Assembly: GCA_016188965.1 (NCBI GenBank)
Contig: JACPGT010000013.1
Location: 66 to 64,065, forward strand
From: Candidatus Micrarchaeota archaeon
Lineage (GTDB): Archaea; Micrarchaeota; Micrarchaeia; Norongarragalinales; Norongarragalinaceae
Direction of reading: 5' to 3'
DNA length: 64,000 nucleotides
A model generated the notes under the pieces. The model ran no database searches. It was not told the origin of the DNA and worked only from the letters and a program-made list of their open reading frames with translations. The first letter of the stretch is position 1, and each line of letters begins with the position of its first letter. Shown here piece after piece: positions 9,379-18,690 of this stretch. The position numbers were made by a program, and so were the translations under genes.

Positions 9379-10038
9379 CTATTCAAGCCGTACGCACGCC
9401 GTGGTGCGGTACACGCGCTTGTTCTGATGCTCGCCGACCAGCTTGTTGGACGTCTCGAACTCCAGCTTCAACTGCGAGAGCACTTCCAACGCCGGCCTTT
9501 TCTTCCCCACCTGGATATCGGGGCCTTCCTTGTGCTCCACGACTTTCGAGATGAAAGTCCGCGCCTCGAGACGGCGGAGGAGTTTGGGCAGCAAGCGTTC
9601 GACCCTCTCGGGGTTTCCGCGCAGCTGGATGATGGCCTCGTGGTACCCGCCGGACATCAAAGCGCAATCCGGGCACTGCGTCTTGATGAAACGGAAGTCC
9701 AACCGGTCGTCCAGCGCGACGGTCTGGCCTTCCGCCTGAACCGTGATACGAACGTCGGCATGCGCCAGTTTCGAATCCGGATCCACGTGCAGCTTGGCTG
9801 CGATGGACTTGATGACGTGGTTGCTCTTGATCTTCTCCCGCAAGTAGTCCGGCAGTTGCTTTTCGTCGCGCCAGAAGCCCTTCAGACGCATGCGGCCGCA
9901 CTTGACGCAACGGTCCAACTCCAATTCCGGCAGTTCGTACAAGGGCTGCCGCTGCAGGTAACAGTCCTTGCAGAACGCCGCAATGAACGCGACGTCCGAG
10001 CTTGATTTGCCGCAACGCGGACAGGTCTTTTGCAACAT
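9379..10038 (-). CDS. NMD3-like zinc-ribbon protein (ribosome large-subunit biogenesis family)
   Basis: Paired CxxC motifs (CPRCG..FCKDC, CVKCG, CPDC) in the NMD3 N-terminal arrangement. Shorter than typical family members. Confidence 0.5.
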   Translation of the reverse strand: MLQKTCPRCGKSSSDVAFIAAFCKDCYLQRQPLYELPELELDRCVKCGRMRLKGFWRDEKQLPDYLREKIKSNHVIKSIAAKLHVDPDSKLAHADVRITVQAEGQTVALDDRLDFRFIKTQCPDCALMSGGYHEAIIQLRGNPERVERLLPKLLRRLEARTFISKVVEHKEGPDIQVGKKRPALEVLSQLKLEFETSNKLVGEHQNKRVYRTTACVRLE

Positions 10039-10143
10039 GGAAAAACCCCGTGGGAACTACGGGAAGTTAGAACGAGTCTTAGGACGAAACCGGCTTATAA
10101 GACGGCGGAAACGCACGACGGCAGCACGGGAATAAACCAAGCG

Positions 10144-10152
10144 CTTAAAATC
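10144..10152 (+). promoter_or_regulatory. TATA-like box upstream of tRNA-Gly
   Basis: CTTAAAATC about 30-40 nt upstream of the tRNA 5' end. Confidence 0.3.
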
Positions 10153-10182
10153 AAACGCCGCCATGGTGCAGTCCAACCAGAA

Positions 10183-10302
10183 GCGGCTGTGGTCCAGTGG
10201 CATGATACGACCTTCCCATAAGCCGGGATAAACGCCCCGAAAATACGCCTTGAACCGGCTTGGAATCAGGTTGAGATGCGGGTTCGATTCCCGCCAGCCG
10301 CA
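10183..10302 (+). tRNA. tRNA-Gly(CCC) with canonical 49-nt intron (10219..10267)
   Basis: Hand fold: acceptor GCGGCTG/CAGCCGC, T arm GCGGG-TTCGATT-CCCGC, anticodon stem CGACC/GGTTG, loop TTCCCAA after splicing, 4-nt variable loop, discriminator A. Perfect BHB: 4-bp central helix TTCC/GGAA, 3-nt bulges, 7-bp inner helix AAGCCGG/CCGGCTT. T-run follows. Confidence 0.85.
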
Positions 10303-10398
10303 TGCTTTTATTTTTCGATGTGCGGCAGCCGCATATAGGACTGGACGCAAGGTGCGCCAGCCGAATACTTTAACACCCGTCGAATCCAACATAATGCC

Positions 10399-10956
10399 AT
10401 GCGAAGCGTCGAAGACCGCAACATCCTGGACTCGTTCTGCACGCGTTTTTGCCACGTGCTGGAGAAACATGCTGCGTACATCGTAGTCTCCGGATTCGTC
10501 GCCATCTCGTCGGGCCGTAGCCGTGGAACCGAAGACATTGACATCATCATGGAACGGGTACCGAAAGAAAAATTCGGAAAAATCCACACCGATTTGGAAA
10601 AAGCCGGATTCGAATGCATCCAAGGGACGAAAACCGCGGAGTTGTACGACCACTACCTCAAGGACAATCTCGGCATCCGATACATCCTCAAAGGTCACCT
10701 GTTGCCGGAAATGGAATTGAAACTGGCCAAAGACCTCCTGGACGAAGGCCAAATCAAGAACCGGGTGAAGTTGCCATTAACGGGCCTTGACGTCTGGTTC
10801 AGCAGCATCAACACCAACATCGCCTTCAAGGAAGAACTGCTCAAATCGGACAAGGATCTGGAAGACGCCCGCCATTTACGCAACGTCTATGCGGAACAGG
10901 TGGACGAAAATGAGATTAACCGGATTAAAGAACTCATCCACAAATGGCGATTATGA
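10399..10956 (+). CDS. nucleotidyltransferase-fold protein (minimal NTase-like)
   Basis: SGRSRGTEDIDII resembles the GS...DxD NTase signature. 185 aa. Confidence 0.45.
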   Translation: MRSVEDRNILDSFCTRFCHVLEKHAAYIVVSGFVAISSGRSRGTEDIDIIMERVPKEKFGKIHTDLEKAGFECIQGTKTAELYDHYLKDNLGIRYILKGHLLPEMELKLAKDLLDEGQIKNRVKLPLTGLDVWFSSINTNIAFKEELLKSDKDLEDARHLRNVYAEQVDENEINRIKELIHKWRL

Positions 10957-11171
10957 CGGACTACCAACGCTTGGAACAAATCGATCGCTGGGCCCACTAC
11001 GTCCGAGACAGCAAGGGTGCTTGGAAGAAAGACCACTCCGCATTTCTAAACGCCCAAATCCAAAAAGCCAACGCGTTTTACGAGCGCCTGGCCAAGACCC
11101 CGGGGGGGAAGGAAAAAATCATCCGGATTTTCGGCATTAAGAACCTGGACGCCGCACCTTTTCTCAAATAG
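10944..11171 (+). CDS. hypothetical small helical protein, overlaps the upstream NTase gene by 13 nt
   Basis: 75-aa ORF, coupled to 10399..10956 by overlap. No motif recognised. Confidence 0.4.
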   Translation: MAIMTDYQRLEQIDRWAHYVRDSKGAWKKDHSAFLNAQIQKANAFYERLAKTPGGKEKIIRIFGIKNLDAAPFLK

Positions 11172-11260
11172 GGCAAAATAGTATGAAGACAAGTAAAAAA
11201 AAAGAATCGGCCAAACGGCCCTCAAAGAAACGGTTGTTGGACCAAAACGCGGAAAGCAGT

Positions 11261-11452
11261 TTAAACTTTCTTGGCGTTCTTGGCGCGCAGGCCGCGGTCG
11301 GACGTCTCGACGTCGTATTCAACCGTGTCGCCGATGGCGAACGCGGTGCCTCCTTGGATGGCCGACGAGTGGACGTACACGTCTTTGCCGTCGTCTCCGG
11401 TGATGAAGCCGAAACCGCGGTCGTTGTTAAACATTTTGACTTTTCCCTTCAT
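11261..11452 (-). CDS. csp: cold-shock domain protein
   Basis: KGKVKMFNNDRGFGFI and VYVHSSAI are classic RNP1/RNP2 CSD motifs. 63 aa. Confidence 0.92.
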   Translation of the reverse strand: MKGKVKMFNNDRGFGFITGDDGKDVYVHSSAIQGGTAFAIGDTVEYDVETSDRGLRAKNAKKV

Positions 11453-11716
11453 TCAAATCACCTAATTTCAGAAAGACACAAATCGCATCAGTCTGTCAAT
11501 AAGTGAGTGACAAGACGGGTCTATTAGGGTGTGTTTTGGCCCAAAACGGGCATCCGAAAGGTAGCCTGCACGCACCGGAAGCAAGTATTAATTTCTGATG
11601 GCCATGAAGACGGGCATAACGAGATCAAACGCATCATGGCAAGCGTATTCGACGCGCTTCACGAGAAAATCCAGCAGACGGTCCAAGCGCATAACGACGC
11701 GACGGATTGAGCCTTT

Positions 11717-12910
11717 TTAGAACCACTTGCTCAAGCTGCCTTGCTTCTCGTCGGCGTTCTTGAAAGCACGCTCAAGGGAAGCCGTGACGCGTTCGTCTGA
11801 AAAATCGTTCTCCTCGACCATGATCTTCTTGACGGCCGCGACGTCCACGGGTTTGCGCGCCAGGTCGGCTTTGGAAACCTCGGCATACGCCGGCCGCAGG
11901 AACAAGTCTTCCAACGCGGCAAAGTCGACGGGTTTCGGCACGACGGATTCGGAAACGGAAGCGGAACCGGCAGGGTCCAGACTGTCGGAATCCGGATCGT
12001 CATTGGTTTGCGCCGCACCGTCCGAATCATCAAAATCGTCTTCGGCTTTCTTCTTTTTTGGCTTTTTCGCCTTTTTCGCGGCAGCGTTCGCAGCAGCGCG
12101 GGCGACCAGGTCGATGAGGCGTTGGTTGACTTCGTCCGTTGATTTTGCGCCTTGGACCAGTTTGAGCGCTTTTTTCGGACCCACGCCCAGCACGCCTTCG
12201 TTGAAATCGGTGCCGATGAGGATGCCGGCCCAGACCAATTGCTCGCGCGTCAAGCCAAGGGCGGAGAGGTTTTCCTGCAAGTCGTACACTTCGGGCTGGA
12301 CCGTGACGTACATGTTGCGCTGGGGCAGTTTGCGGCGGCCGGAAAACGTCAAGTTGCGCACCAATTTGGGCGCGCCGAAAAGCAGGGCGTCGAAGTCCTG
12401 CGACGCCGCGGCGTCCACCACGCCTCTCTGCGCCATCAAGGCGCATTGCGCCTCGCCTTCCGACGGCGCCTGGACCCAAGGCAGTCCCATGGCATCCAGG
12501 AGGCGCTGTCCTTCACGCACCATGGGACGCGTGAGGCGGGCGGTGCGTTGCGCCAAACGGGCGGCTTCGTCCAAGCGGCCTTCTTCGCGGGCCTTGCGCA
12601 GCAGTTCCTCGGCTTCGACCTTGGCGGCGACGCGCTCGGCGATGGTTTTCGCCTTAAGGGGTGACGCTTCGCCGTCGAAGACGTAGATGGGCGTGACGTT
12701 CTTTTCCAGCAACGCGCAGGTGCGGTAGAACATTCCGGAGAGATGCGAAGTGACTTCGCGTTTGGAGTTCAAAAGGGGCGTGCCGTCGGGCTGGCGGATG
12801 ATGGTCAAGAACTGGTACAGCACGTTGTAGGCGTCCACGGCATAGGTTCCGGCCAACTCATCCAGCGGGTGCTCGTGCTTGACGAGAATGGGTTTCAGAT
12901 AAACGCCCAA
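11717..12910 (-). CDS. fen: flap endonuclease 1 (FEN-1) with internal low-complexity insertion and C-terminal PIP box
   Basis: XPG-N/XPG-I motifs (AVDAYNVLYQFL, IYVFDG, SEGEAQCA, SQDFDALLFG, GTDFN). C-terminal QGSLSKWF PIP box. A TTG at 12910 gives the canonical MGV N-terminus; the track ORF starts 3 codons earlier, also at a TTG. Confidence 0.9.
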   Translation of the reverse strand: MGVYLKPILVKHEHPLDELAGTYAVDAYNVLYQFLTIIRQPDGTPLLNSKREVTSHLSGMFYRTCALLEKNVTPIYVFDGEASPLKAKTIAERVAAKVEAEELLRKAREEGRLDEAARLAQRTARLTRPMVREGQRLLDAMGLPWVQAPSEGEAQCALMAQRGVVDAAASQDFDALLFGAPKLVRNLTFSGRRKLPQRNMYVTVQPEVYDLQENLSALGLTREQLVWAGILIGTDFNEGVLGVGPKKALKLVQGAKSTDEVNQRLIDLVARAAANAAAKKAKKPKKKKAEDDFDDSDGAAQTNDDPDSDSLDPAGSASVSESVVPKPVDFAALEDLFLRPAYAEVSKADLARKPVDVAAVKKIMVEENDFSDERVTASLERAFKNADEKQGSLSKWF

Positions 12911-13137
12911 TGCGAACAACTCCCGGCAGAATGTTCGCGGGGAAGCTTATTAATATTGGAAGCCGGCGGAACGAAGGCCGCGGCAAGGACGGTGCAAAAT
13001 ACGCGGCTCGACGAAAACGGTGCGGCGCCTGCCGGAAAGAAAACCGAGCCGGCAAGAAGTGAAATATAGCAAGACCAAACCGGAAAACAAAGCATTTTTA
13101 GTCCCTTGCGGACATGAAAGCACCCTGGACGATTATC

Positions 13138-13620
13138 ATGGAGTATTGTCAAGTCTGTGGAAAGCAAGCCGTCGGCGAAGGCTACGTCGAAGGCGCGCGC
13201 GTGCCCCTCTGCCCCAACTGTGTCCAGTACGGCAGTCGCTTCCAGGTCTACGACGAGTACAAGCCCCGCGCGCCGGCACCCCGGCCTCGGTTGCAGGATG
13301 ACGTCCACTTCATCGACGACGCAGGCGCGGCCATCAAGTCGGCCCGCGAGGCCAAAGGATGGGACCGCGCCCAGCTGGGCAAACGTCTGTTCATCTCGGA
13401 GACGGACATCCGTGCCTTCGAGGAAAACCGCCGAAAACCCACGCCCGCGCAGGTCGAGAAGCTGGAACACGAATTGGGAATCACGCTGCTGGCCAAGGAC
13501 GCGCCGGAAGAGAAGCAGAAGAAGGATTCGGACGCACGCCCGGCGCCGGCGAAGGCCGCCGGGCCGCGCAAGGCCGAAGAGTTCACGTTGGGTGACATCG
13601 TCACCATCAAGAAAAAATAG
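13138..13620 (+). CDS. mbf1: archaeal multiprotein bridging factor 1 (zinc ribbon + XRE-type HTH)
   Basis: CQVCG..CPNC zinc ribbon, central HTH (WDRAQLGKRLFISETDIRAFE) and C-terminal TLGDIV..KK motif typical of archaeal MBF1. ATG 13114 is an alternative start. Confidence 0.8.
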   Translation: MEYCQVCGKQAVGEGYVEGARVPLCPNCVQYGSRFQVYDEYKPRAPAPRPRLQDDVHFIDDAGAAIKSAREAKGWDRAQLGKRLFISETDIRAFEENRRKPTPAQVEKLEHELGITLLAKDAPEEKQKKDSDARPAPAKAAGPRKAEEFTLGDIVTIKKK

Positions 13621-13720
13621 CGGGTCGGGGCGCGGCACGATTGCCTCGGCATAAACCATACCTTTTTCTTTTCAGTTCGGCCCAACGATTGAATCCGCGG
13701 CGCATGCGGAACGACGAGTG

Positions 13721-15484
13721 ATGCGGATTCTCATGAAGGAAAAGACGACGAAAACCAAACCTGCGCAGAAAAATCTGAACGGCAAAAACGGCCAGTCAAA
13801 GACCTTGTTCCACACCGCGTTCGCCGCCTTCGTGCAGCTGGCCTGCATCGGCATCGCCTGGTTCACAACCACGTCCAACGAAGCAAAGATGGCCACCGGC
13901 GCACTGCTCGTGCTGCAAGCCGCATGGGTATTGCTTCAGAAGGACCGCCGCCACGCGTTCATCCTATCCTCCGTGTTCTTCTCCAGCATCCTCCTGTTCT
14001 TCTTCATCGTCTACGCGCCCATCGACTTCATGGCCCGGGTGCTTGCCGCGCTGGCGGTCCTGGTCTTGACGGGATTTGCCGTGCACAAGATTACCGGCAT
14101 CGAATCGTTCTACGGCTTCTTGATGGTCCGAAGTTTGGCCGGATTCGACCTGATGCGGACCGTTGGCGAAAACCATCCGCGTTTTTCGCGCGAATCGGCC
14201 GATTTCGGCGCCAGCATGACCTTCGGCATCCCCTGGGCCGTGCGCACATATGGATTGCAGAAAGCCGCAGGCCACACCGTGGCCCTCATCGCCTTGCTGG
14301 CGGTCTTCATGCAGGCCAGCCTGCTGTCTTCGCTGTCCGGCGTAGTGCAGAACGGCGAGTGGATCTTCGCCGCCGTCGGCCTTCTGGCCGGATTCATCGG
14401 ACTGGGCGTGCTGGGCATGGCGGTGCACGCGTACACCATCCTGACGGTACCCAACACCCCGGCAGGCGTGCGCCTCTTGATTCCCTTCGTCACCGTGCCG
14501 GGCGAGGCGCTGTTTGCCATCGCGGTCATTGCCATCGTGCACGAGACGGCGCACGGCGTGCTGTGCTACGTGGAAAAACTCAAGTTGAAGTCATCCGGCG
14601 TGCTGTTATTCGGCTTTTTGCCGGTGGGCGCGTTCGTCGAACCTGACGAGGAGAAGCTGGACACCTTGCCGTTGGAGAAGAAGCGCCGCATCCTGGTGGC
14701 CGGGTCAACGTCCAACACGTTGTTCTTCCTCGTCTTTCTCGCGCTTTCGCTGCCTCTGATGGCCATATTGCCCGGCATGGTCGCCGGCGTCGCCGTCGAA
14801 TCGGTTCCAGGAAACTCAAGCCTCGCAGGCGTCCTGCAGGCCGGAGCAATCCTGGCATCCGTGGACGGCAAGACCATCAACAACACGCGCGACTTGCTTT
14901 CGATCAACCTGACGGACAACCCGCAAGCCGTCTTCCTCCAGGATGGCCGCAGCATCCAGACGCCGTTGATGGAAGTCGTGGTGCAGTCGGTGGACGCCAA
15001 GCACCCCGCGTCCGGAATCCTATTACCGGAGGACCGCATCCTGGCCGTGGACGGACAGGCCGTGGGAAAAGTCGCGGACATCGGCCGCGTCGTTTCGGCG
15101 AAAAAGCCGGGCGAATCGGTGAGCATCACGACGCAATTCGGCGACAAGGTCGTACCCATCGGCGACGACGGCAAGCTGGGCATCCAGATTACGCTGTCCT
15201 CCGTGGGCGTGCTGAACAACCGGCCAAAAAGCGGGTCTGAACAGGCGTACGCCACCGTATCGCTGCTGTTGGTGTTGTTCAGCTGGACTTACCTTTTGAA
15301 CATCCTCATCGGCATCGTCAACCTGTTGCCGCTGTTCATCACGGACGGTCAGAAGATGATCTACTATGAACTGGTGCCGAAGTTCGGAAAGGAACGTGCC
15401 GCCCAATTGTCGACGGCGGCCGGTTTGTTCATGCTGGGCCTGATTTTGCTCAACGCGTTGCCGTACTTCCTGGGCAAGGGATGA
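13721..15484 (+). CDS. site-2 protease family (M50) membrane metalloprotease with PDZ-like region
   Basis: HETAHG (HExxH) inside a TM segment and NLLPLFITDG second motif. Multiple TM helices. Confidence 0.8.
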   Translation: MRILMKEKTTKTKPAQKNLNGKNGQSKTLFHTAFAAFVQLACIGIAWFTTTSNEAKMATGALLVLQAAWVLLQKDRRHAFILSSVFFSSILLFFFIVYAPIDFMARVLAALAVLVLTGFAVHKITGIESFYGFLMVRSLAGFDLMRTVGENHPRFSRESADFGASMTFGIPWAVRTYGLQKAAGHTVALIALLAVFMQASLLSSLSGVVQNGEWIFAAVGLLAGFIGLGVLGMAVHAYTILTVPNTPAGVRLLIPFVTVPGEALFAIAVIAIVHETAHGVLCYVEKLKLKSSGVLLFGFLPVGAFVEPDEEKLDTLPLEKKRRILVAGSTSNTLFFLVFLALSLPLMAILPGMVAGVAVESVPGNSSLAGVLQAGAILASVDGKTINNTRDLLSINLTDNPQAVFLQDGRSIQTPLMEVVVQSVDAKHPASGILLPEDRILAVDGQAVGKVADIGRVVSAKKPGESVSITTQFGDKVVPIGDDGKLGIQITLSSVGVLNNRPKSGSEQAYATVSLLLVLFSWTYLLNILIGIVNLLPLFITDGQKMIYYELVPKFGKERAAQLSTAAGLFMLGLILLNALPYFLGKG

Positions 15485-15550
15485 GCAAAGAAGAATAGCG
15501 GAAAGCCTGCGGCCGGGAAAGAATGCGCTGGGCCTGAAGTGACGGAAAAT

Positions 15551-15928
15551 CTACTTCTTCTTGAGCTTCTCGTCCAACAAATCCTTGACTTGGTCCACCG
15601 TGGCGTAATTCAGCGGGTTGATCTGGTCCAACACGTACTTGAGTTCTTCGACCGTGTTGGTCAGTTCCTTGACGTCGGATTTGAGCTTCTTGAAATCCGT
15701 TTGCAGAGGTCCGAGGTCCACGGCGGGAACGGCCGCAACGGGTGCGGAAGACCGCTCCGCAACAGGCGCGGGGCGGCGGACCTGGTCCTTGAGAGCCAAC
15801 AAGGTGCGGCCCGCAATCTCTTGGTTGGACTCCAGCGTCTTGAGCCGTTCCACCACGAGGTTGATTTTGGAATCGAGCGTCCGGATGGTGGTGCGGATGT
15901 CCTCGGCCGGAGCGGATTTGACGGGCAT
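15551..15928 (-). CDS. hypothetical coiled-coil protein
   Basis: 125-aa ORF. Heptad-like L/V/E/K-rich halves separated by a P/A-rich linker. Confidence 0.45.
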   Translation of the reverse strand: MPVKSAPAEDIRTTIRTLDSKINLVVERLKTLESNQEIAGRTLLALKDQVRRPAPVAERSSAPVAAVPAVDLGPLQTDFKKLKSDVKELTNTVEELKYVLDQINPLNYATVDQVKDLLDEKLKKK

Positions 15929-16114
15929 AGCGGTTTTTAATGCAGGGGGCTACTTAAAGGTGCCTGGTGGGCAAGCGGCAGAAAGACCGCAAACCGTGCA
16001 AAAACGGAGGACGACGGCAGGAAAACGGCGCCAGAAAAAACAAAAGAAACTTGTTTTTCGTTTCCGCAAGCCGCGCCGCGGTTATGCCATTTCGGACGCA
16101 AGAGGTCATGGGAC

Positions 16115-18523
16115 GTGAAAGCCTGGTTGTTGGATGTCAATTACGTGCACAGCCAGCGGGCCATCCGGTTGCTGCTGAAAGTCAACGGCAAGTCCATCCG
16201 GGCCTACCACAAGCACGAGCCCTACTTTTACCTCAAGCCCAAGGACCTTGCTTCGGCCCTTGAGCCGCTGAAAAAAGTCCAGGCCAACGACGGCGAAAAA
16301 AACTACACCTTTGAGCGCATCGACACGGTCAGCCGCCTCATTGAAGGCAAGCCCACCGACGTGCTGAAGCTGGTCACGGCCCATCCCGGATTGGTGCCCA
16401 AGTTCCAGGAAGCCGTGCGGCACTACGGCGACACGTACGAGTACAACATCCTGTTCACCCGGCGCTACTTGATCGACAACCACCTCACGCCCGGCGCGGA
16501 GGTCGACGTTGAATTCGAGAGGCGGCAGGGCAAGCGCTGGGTGACGGCCATCCGCTCGGACGCCACCGACGCCGTCCCGCCGTACAACATCCTGGCATTC
16601 GACATCGAGACGTACAACCCCAGCGGCATGCCGGATGCCAAACGCGACCCCTTGCTGATGGCGTCGTACGCCGACGCCACGGAGTCCAAGGTTCTCACGT
16701 ACGCCCAGCCGCCGCGCACCGAAGGATTCGTCGAGAACCTCGCTTCGGAAAAAGAGGTGCTCGAACGCCTGGCCCAGGTCCTGCGCGAGAAGCACACCGA
16801 CGTGCTGTGCACGTACAACGGCGACGTGTTCGACATGCCCTACGTCACGGAACGCAGCCTCCAGACGCGAGCGATCGCGCATTTCGGCCGCGACCATGCG
16901 CTGGCCAAGAGCAAGCGCCTGGGCCTTCGTAACGTCACGTCGGTTGGCGGCCGCATCCACTTCGACGTGTACAACACGGTCTACTTCCTCAACTACATCG
17001 GAGCCACCAAACTTGCGCGCATGACGCAGTTAAGCGCGTACGAAGGCCTGTTGGGAAAGACCAAGATGGATTTCCCCAAAGACCAGATCGTGGCGGCGTG
17101 GAATGAGAAGGGCCAGCATTTGGCGGATTTGATTGAGTACAGCCGCCAGGACGCGGTGGCCTGTTACGAACTGGCCGAGTACTGCCTGCCGCTTTTTTAC
17201 GCCTTGGGCAAAGTCACCGGCACCACTCTTTTTGACGCCTCGCGCTTCACCTCCGGACAACTGGTTGAAGCGCTGCTGCTGAAGAAGGCGTTCGACAGAG
17301 GCGAGATTGCGCCGAACAAGCCCAGCGCCGAGGAAGTGGCCGAACGCACGGCCTCGCCGATCCAAGGCGCGTACGTCAAGCTGCCGCAACCCGGCGTCTA
17401 CGACTCCTTGGCCGTTTTCGACTTCAAGTCGCTATACCCGTCCATCATCATCTCGCACAACATCGATCCGTCCACCTTGGACTGCGACTGCTGCAAAGGC
17501 GAGGGACAGGCGCACGTCTCACCGATGGGCCATCGGTTCTGCAAGAAACGCCAAGGCCTCATCCCGGCCATGCTGCAGGAAGTCCTGACCACGCGGTTTG
17601 CCATCCAAAAGCAGATGAAGGCGTTGGACCAGGAGTCCGCGGAATACAAGCAGCTGTACGGCAAGCAGTGGGCTCTCAAGATCCTGGCCAACTCGACGTA
17701 CGGCGTCCTGCTCTACCCGCGCTTCCGGTGGTTCCGGCGCGAATGCGGCGAAAGCGTCACGGCCTACGGCCGCCAATACATCCAGGACACCATTGCCAAA
17801 GCCGAAGCCGATGGGTTCAACGTCTTATATTCCGATACGGATTCCATTTTTCTACAATATAGTGGTAACAAAAAGGAAGGCGTTGTTGATTTTGCCAAAA
17901 AGGTCAACGCCGCCCTGCCCGAATCGATGCAGCTGGAACTGGAGGACTTCTACCCCCGAGGCATCTTCGTCAGCAAGAAGGCCGAGGAAACCGGCGCCAA
18001 GAAAAAGTACGCGTTAATCAATGAAGAGGGAAAAATCAAGATCCGAGGGTTCGAACTGGTCAGGCGCGACTGGAGCAAGGTCGCGCGCAACACGCAGCGG
18101 CAGGTGCTGGAAATCCTGCTGAAGGAAGGCGACGTCAAGAAGGCCGCCGACTTGGTGCGCAACGTCGTGAACGACCTCAAGGAAGGCCGCGTGCCGCTGG
18201 AGGACTGCGTCATCTACACGCAACTGAAAAAGAAAATCGCCAACTACGAAATCAAGAGCCCGGAAGTCGGCGCCGTCCTGCATGCCCGCAAGAACGGCAT
18301 GAACATACCCGAAAACAGCATGGTGGCCTACGTCATCAGCAAAAGCGGGGGCGAAGCCGTTTCGGAAAGAGCACGCGTGACCGAATTGGCCAAGGACTAC
18401 GACCCCGATTACTACATCAACAACCAAGTTCTGCCCGCCGTACTGAAAATCCTAGGTTCACTGGGCTATGACAAAGATTCAATCCGCATGAAAGGCACGC
18501 AAACGGGTTTGGGCAACTGGTAA
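16115..18523 (+). CDS. polB: family B DNA polymerase
   Basis: Exo motifs (FDIET, YNGDVFD, YSRQDA) and pol motifs (DFKSLYPSII, KILANSTYG, YSDTDSIF). GTG start. No intein-like insertion. Confidence 0.93.
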   Translation: MKAWLLDVNYVHSQRAIRLLLKVNGKSIRAYHKHEPYFYLKPKDLASALEPLKKVQANDGEKNYTFERIDTVSRLIEGKPTDVLKLVTAHPGLVPKFQEAVRHYGDTYEYNILFTRRYLIDNHLTPGAEVDVEFERRQGKRWVTAIRSDATDAVPPYNILAFDIETYNPSGMPDAKRDPLLMASYADATESKVLTYAQPPRTEGFVENLASEKEVLERLAQVLREKHTDVLCTYNGDVFDMPYVTERSLQTRAIAHFGRDHALAKSKRLGLRNVTSVGGRIHFDVYNTVYFLNYIGATKLARMTQLSAYEGLLGKTKMDFPKDQIVAAWNEKGQHLADLIEYSRQDAVACYELAEYCLPLFYALGKVTGTTLFDASRFTSGQLVEALLLKKAFDRGEIAPNKPSAEEVAERTASPIQGAYVKLPQPGVYDSLAVFDFKSLYPSIIISHNIDPSTLDCDCCKGEGQAHVSPMGHRFCKKRQGLIPAMLQEVLTTRFAIQKQMKALDQESAEYKQLYGKQWALKILANSTYGVLLYPRFRWFRRECGESVTAYGRQYIQDTIAKAEADGFNVLYSDTDSIFLQYSGNKKEGVVDFAKKVNAALPESMQLELEDFYPRGIFVSKKAEETGAKKKYALINEEGKIKIRGFELVRRDWSKVARNTQRQVLEILLKEGDVKKAADLVRNVVNDLKEGRVPLEDCVIYTQLKKKIANYEIKSPEVGAVLHARKNGMNIPENSMVAYVISKSGGEAVSERARVTELAKDYDPDYYINNQVLPAVLKILGSLGYDKDSIRMKGTQTGLGNW

Positions 18524-18690
18524 TCCGGGCCACCCGCGCGTCCATGGATTTTTTCCCCGGCGCCGCCCCCCGCAACGTCGCGCTTGGCGTTGGCATCCTT
18601 CCGGTTTGGCGCGTTCCGTCAAATCCGATGGCCCCGGCCTTCGCGTCTTCTTGTCGAAAGCATTAACTATGTTCAGCGGGTACGCCTCCC

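Noticed and set aside
10183-10302. Alternative reading of this tRNA as intron-less or type II Leu(AAG), or as Met(CAT)/Trp(CCA) with other splice registers
   Set aside because: Those registers give C33 or U37, poor D-arm pairing or an A34 anticodon. The Gly(CCC) register gives U33, A37, a 5-bp anticodon stem, a workable D arm and a perfect BHB motif.
10321-10332. Partial duplicate of the tRNA-Gly 3' end (CAGCCGCAT) downstream of the gene, by analogy with the Arg and Ile loci
   Set aside because: Only 9 nt match, within a short palindrome GCGGCAGCCGC that looks like a simple terminator hairpin after the T-run. No M1 or M2 motif is nearby.
16115-18523. Intein or split in the family-B DNA polymerase
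   Set aside because: All exonuclease and polymerase motifs are contiguous with normal spacing in one 802-aa frame.
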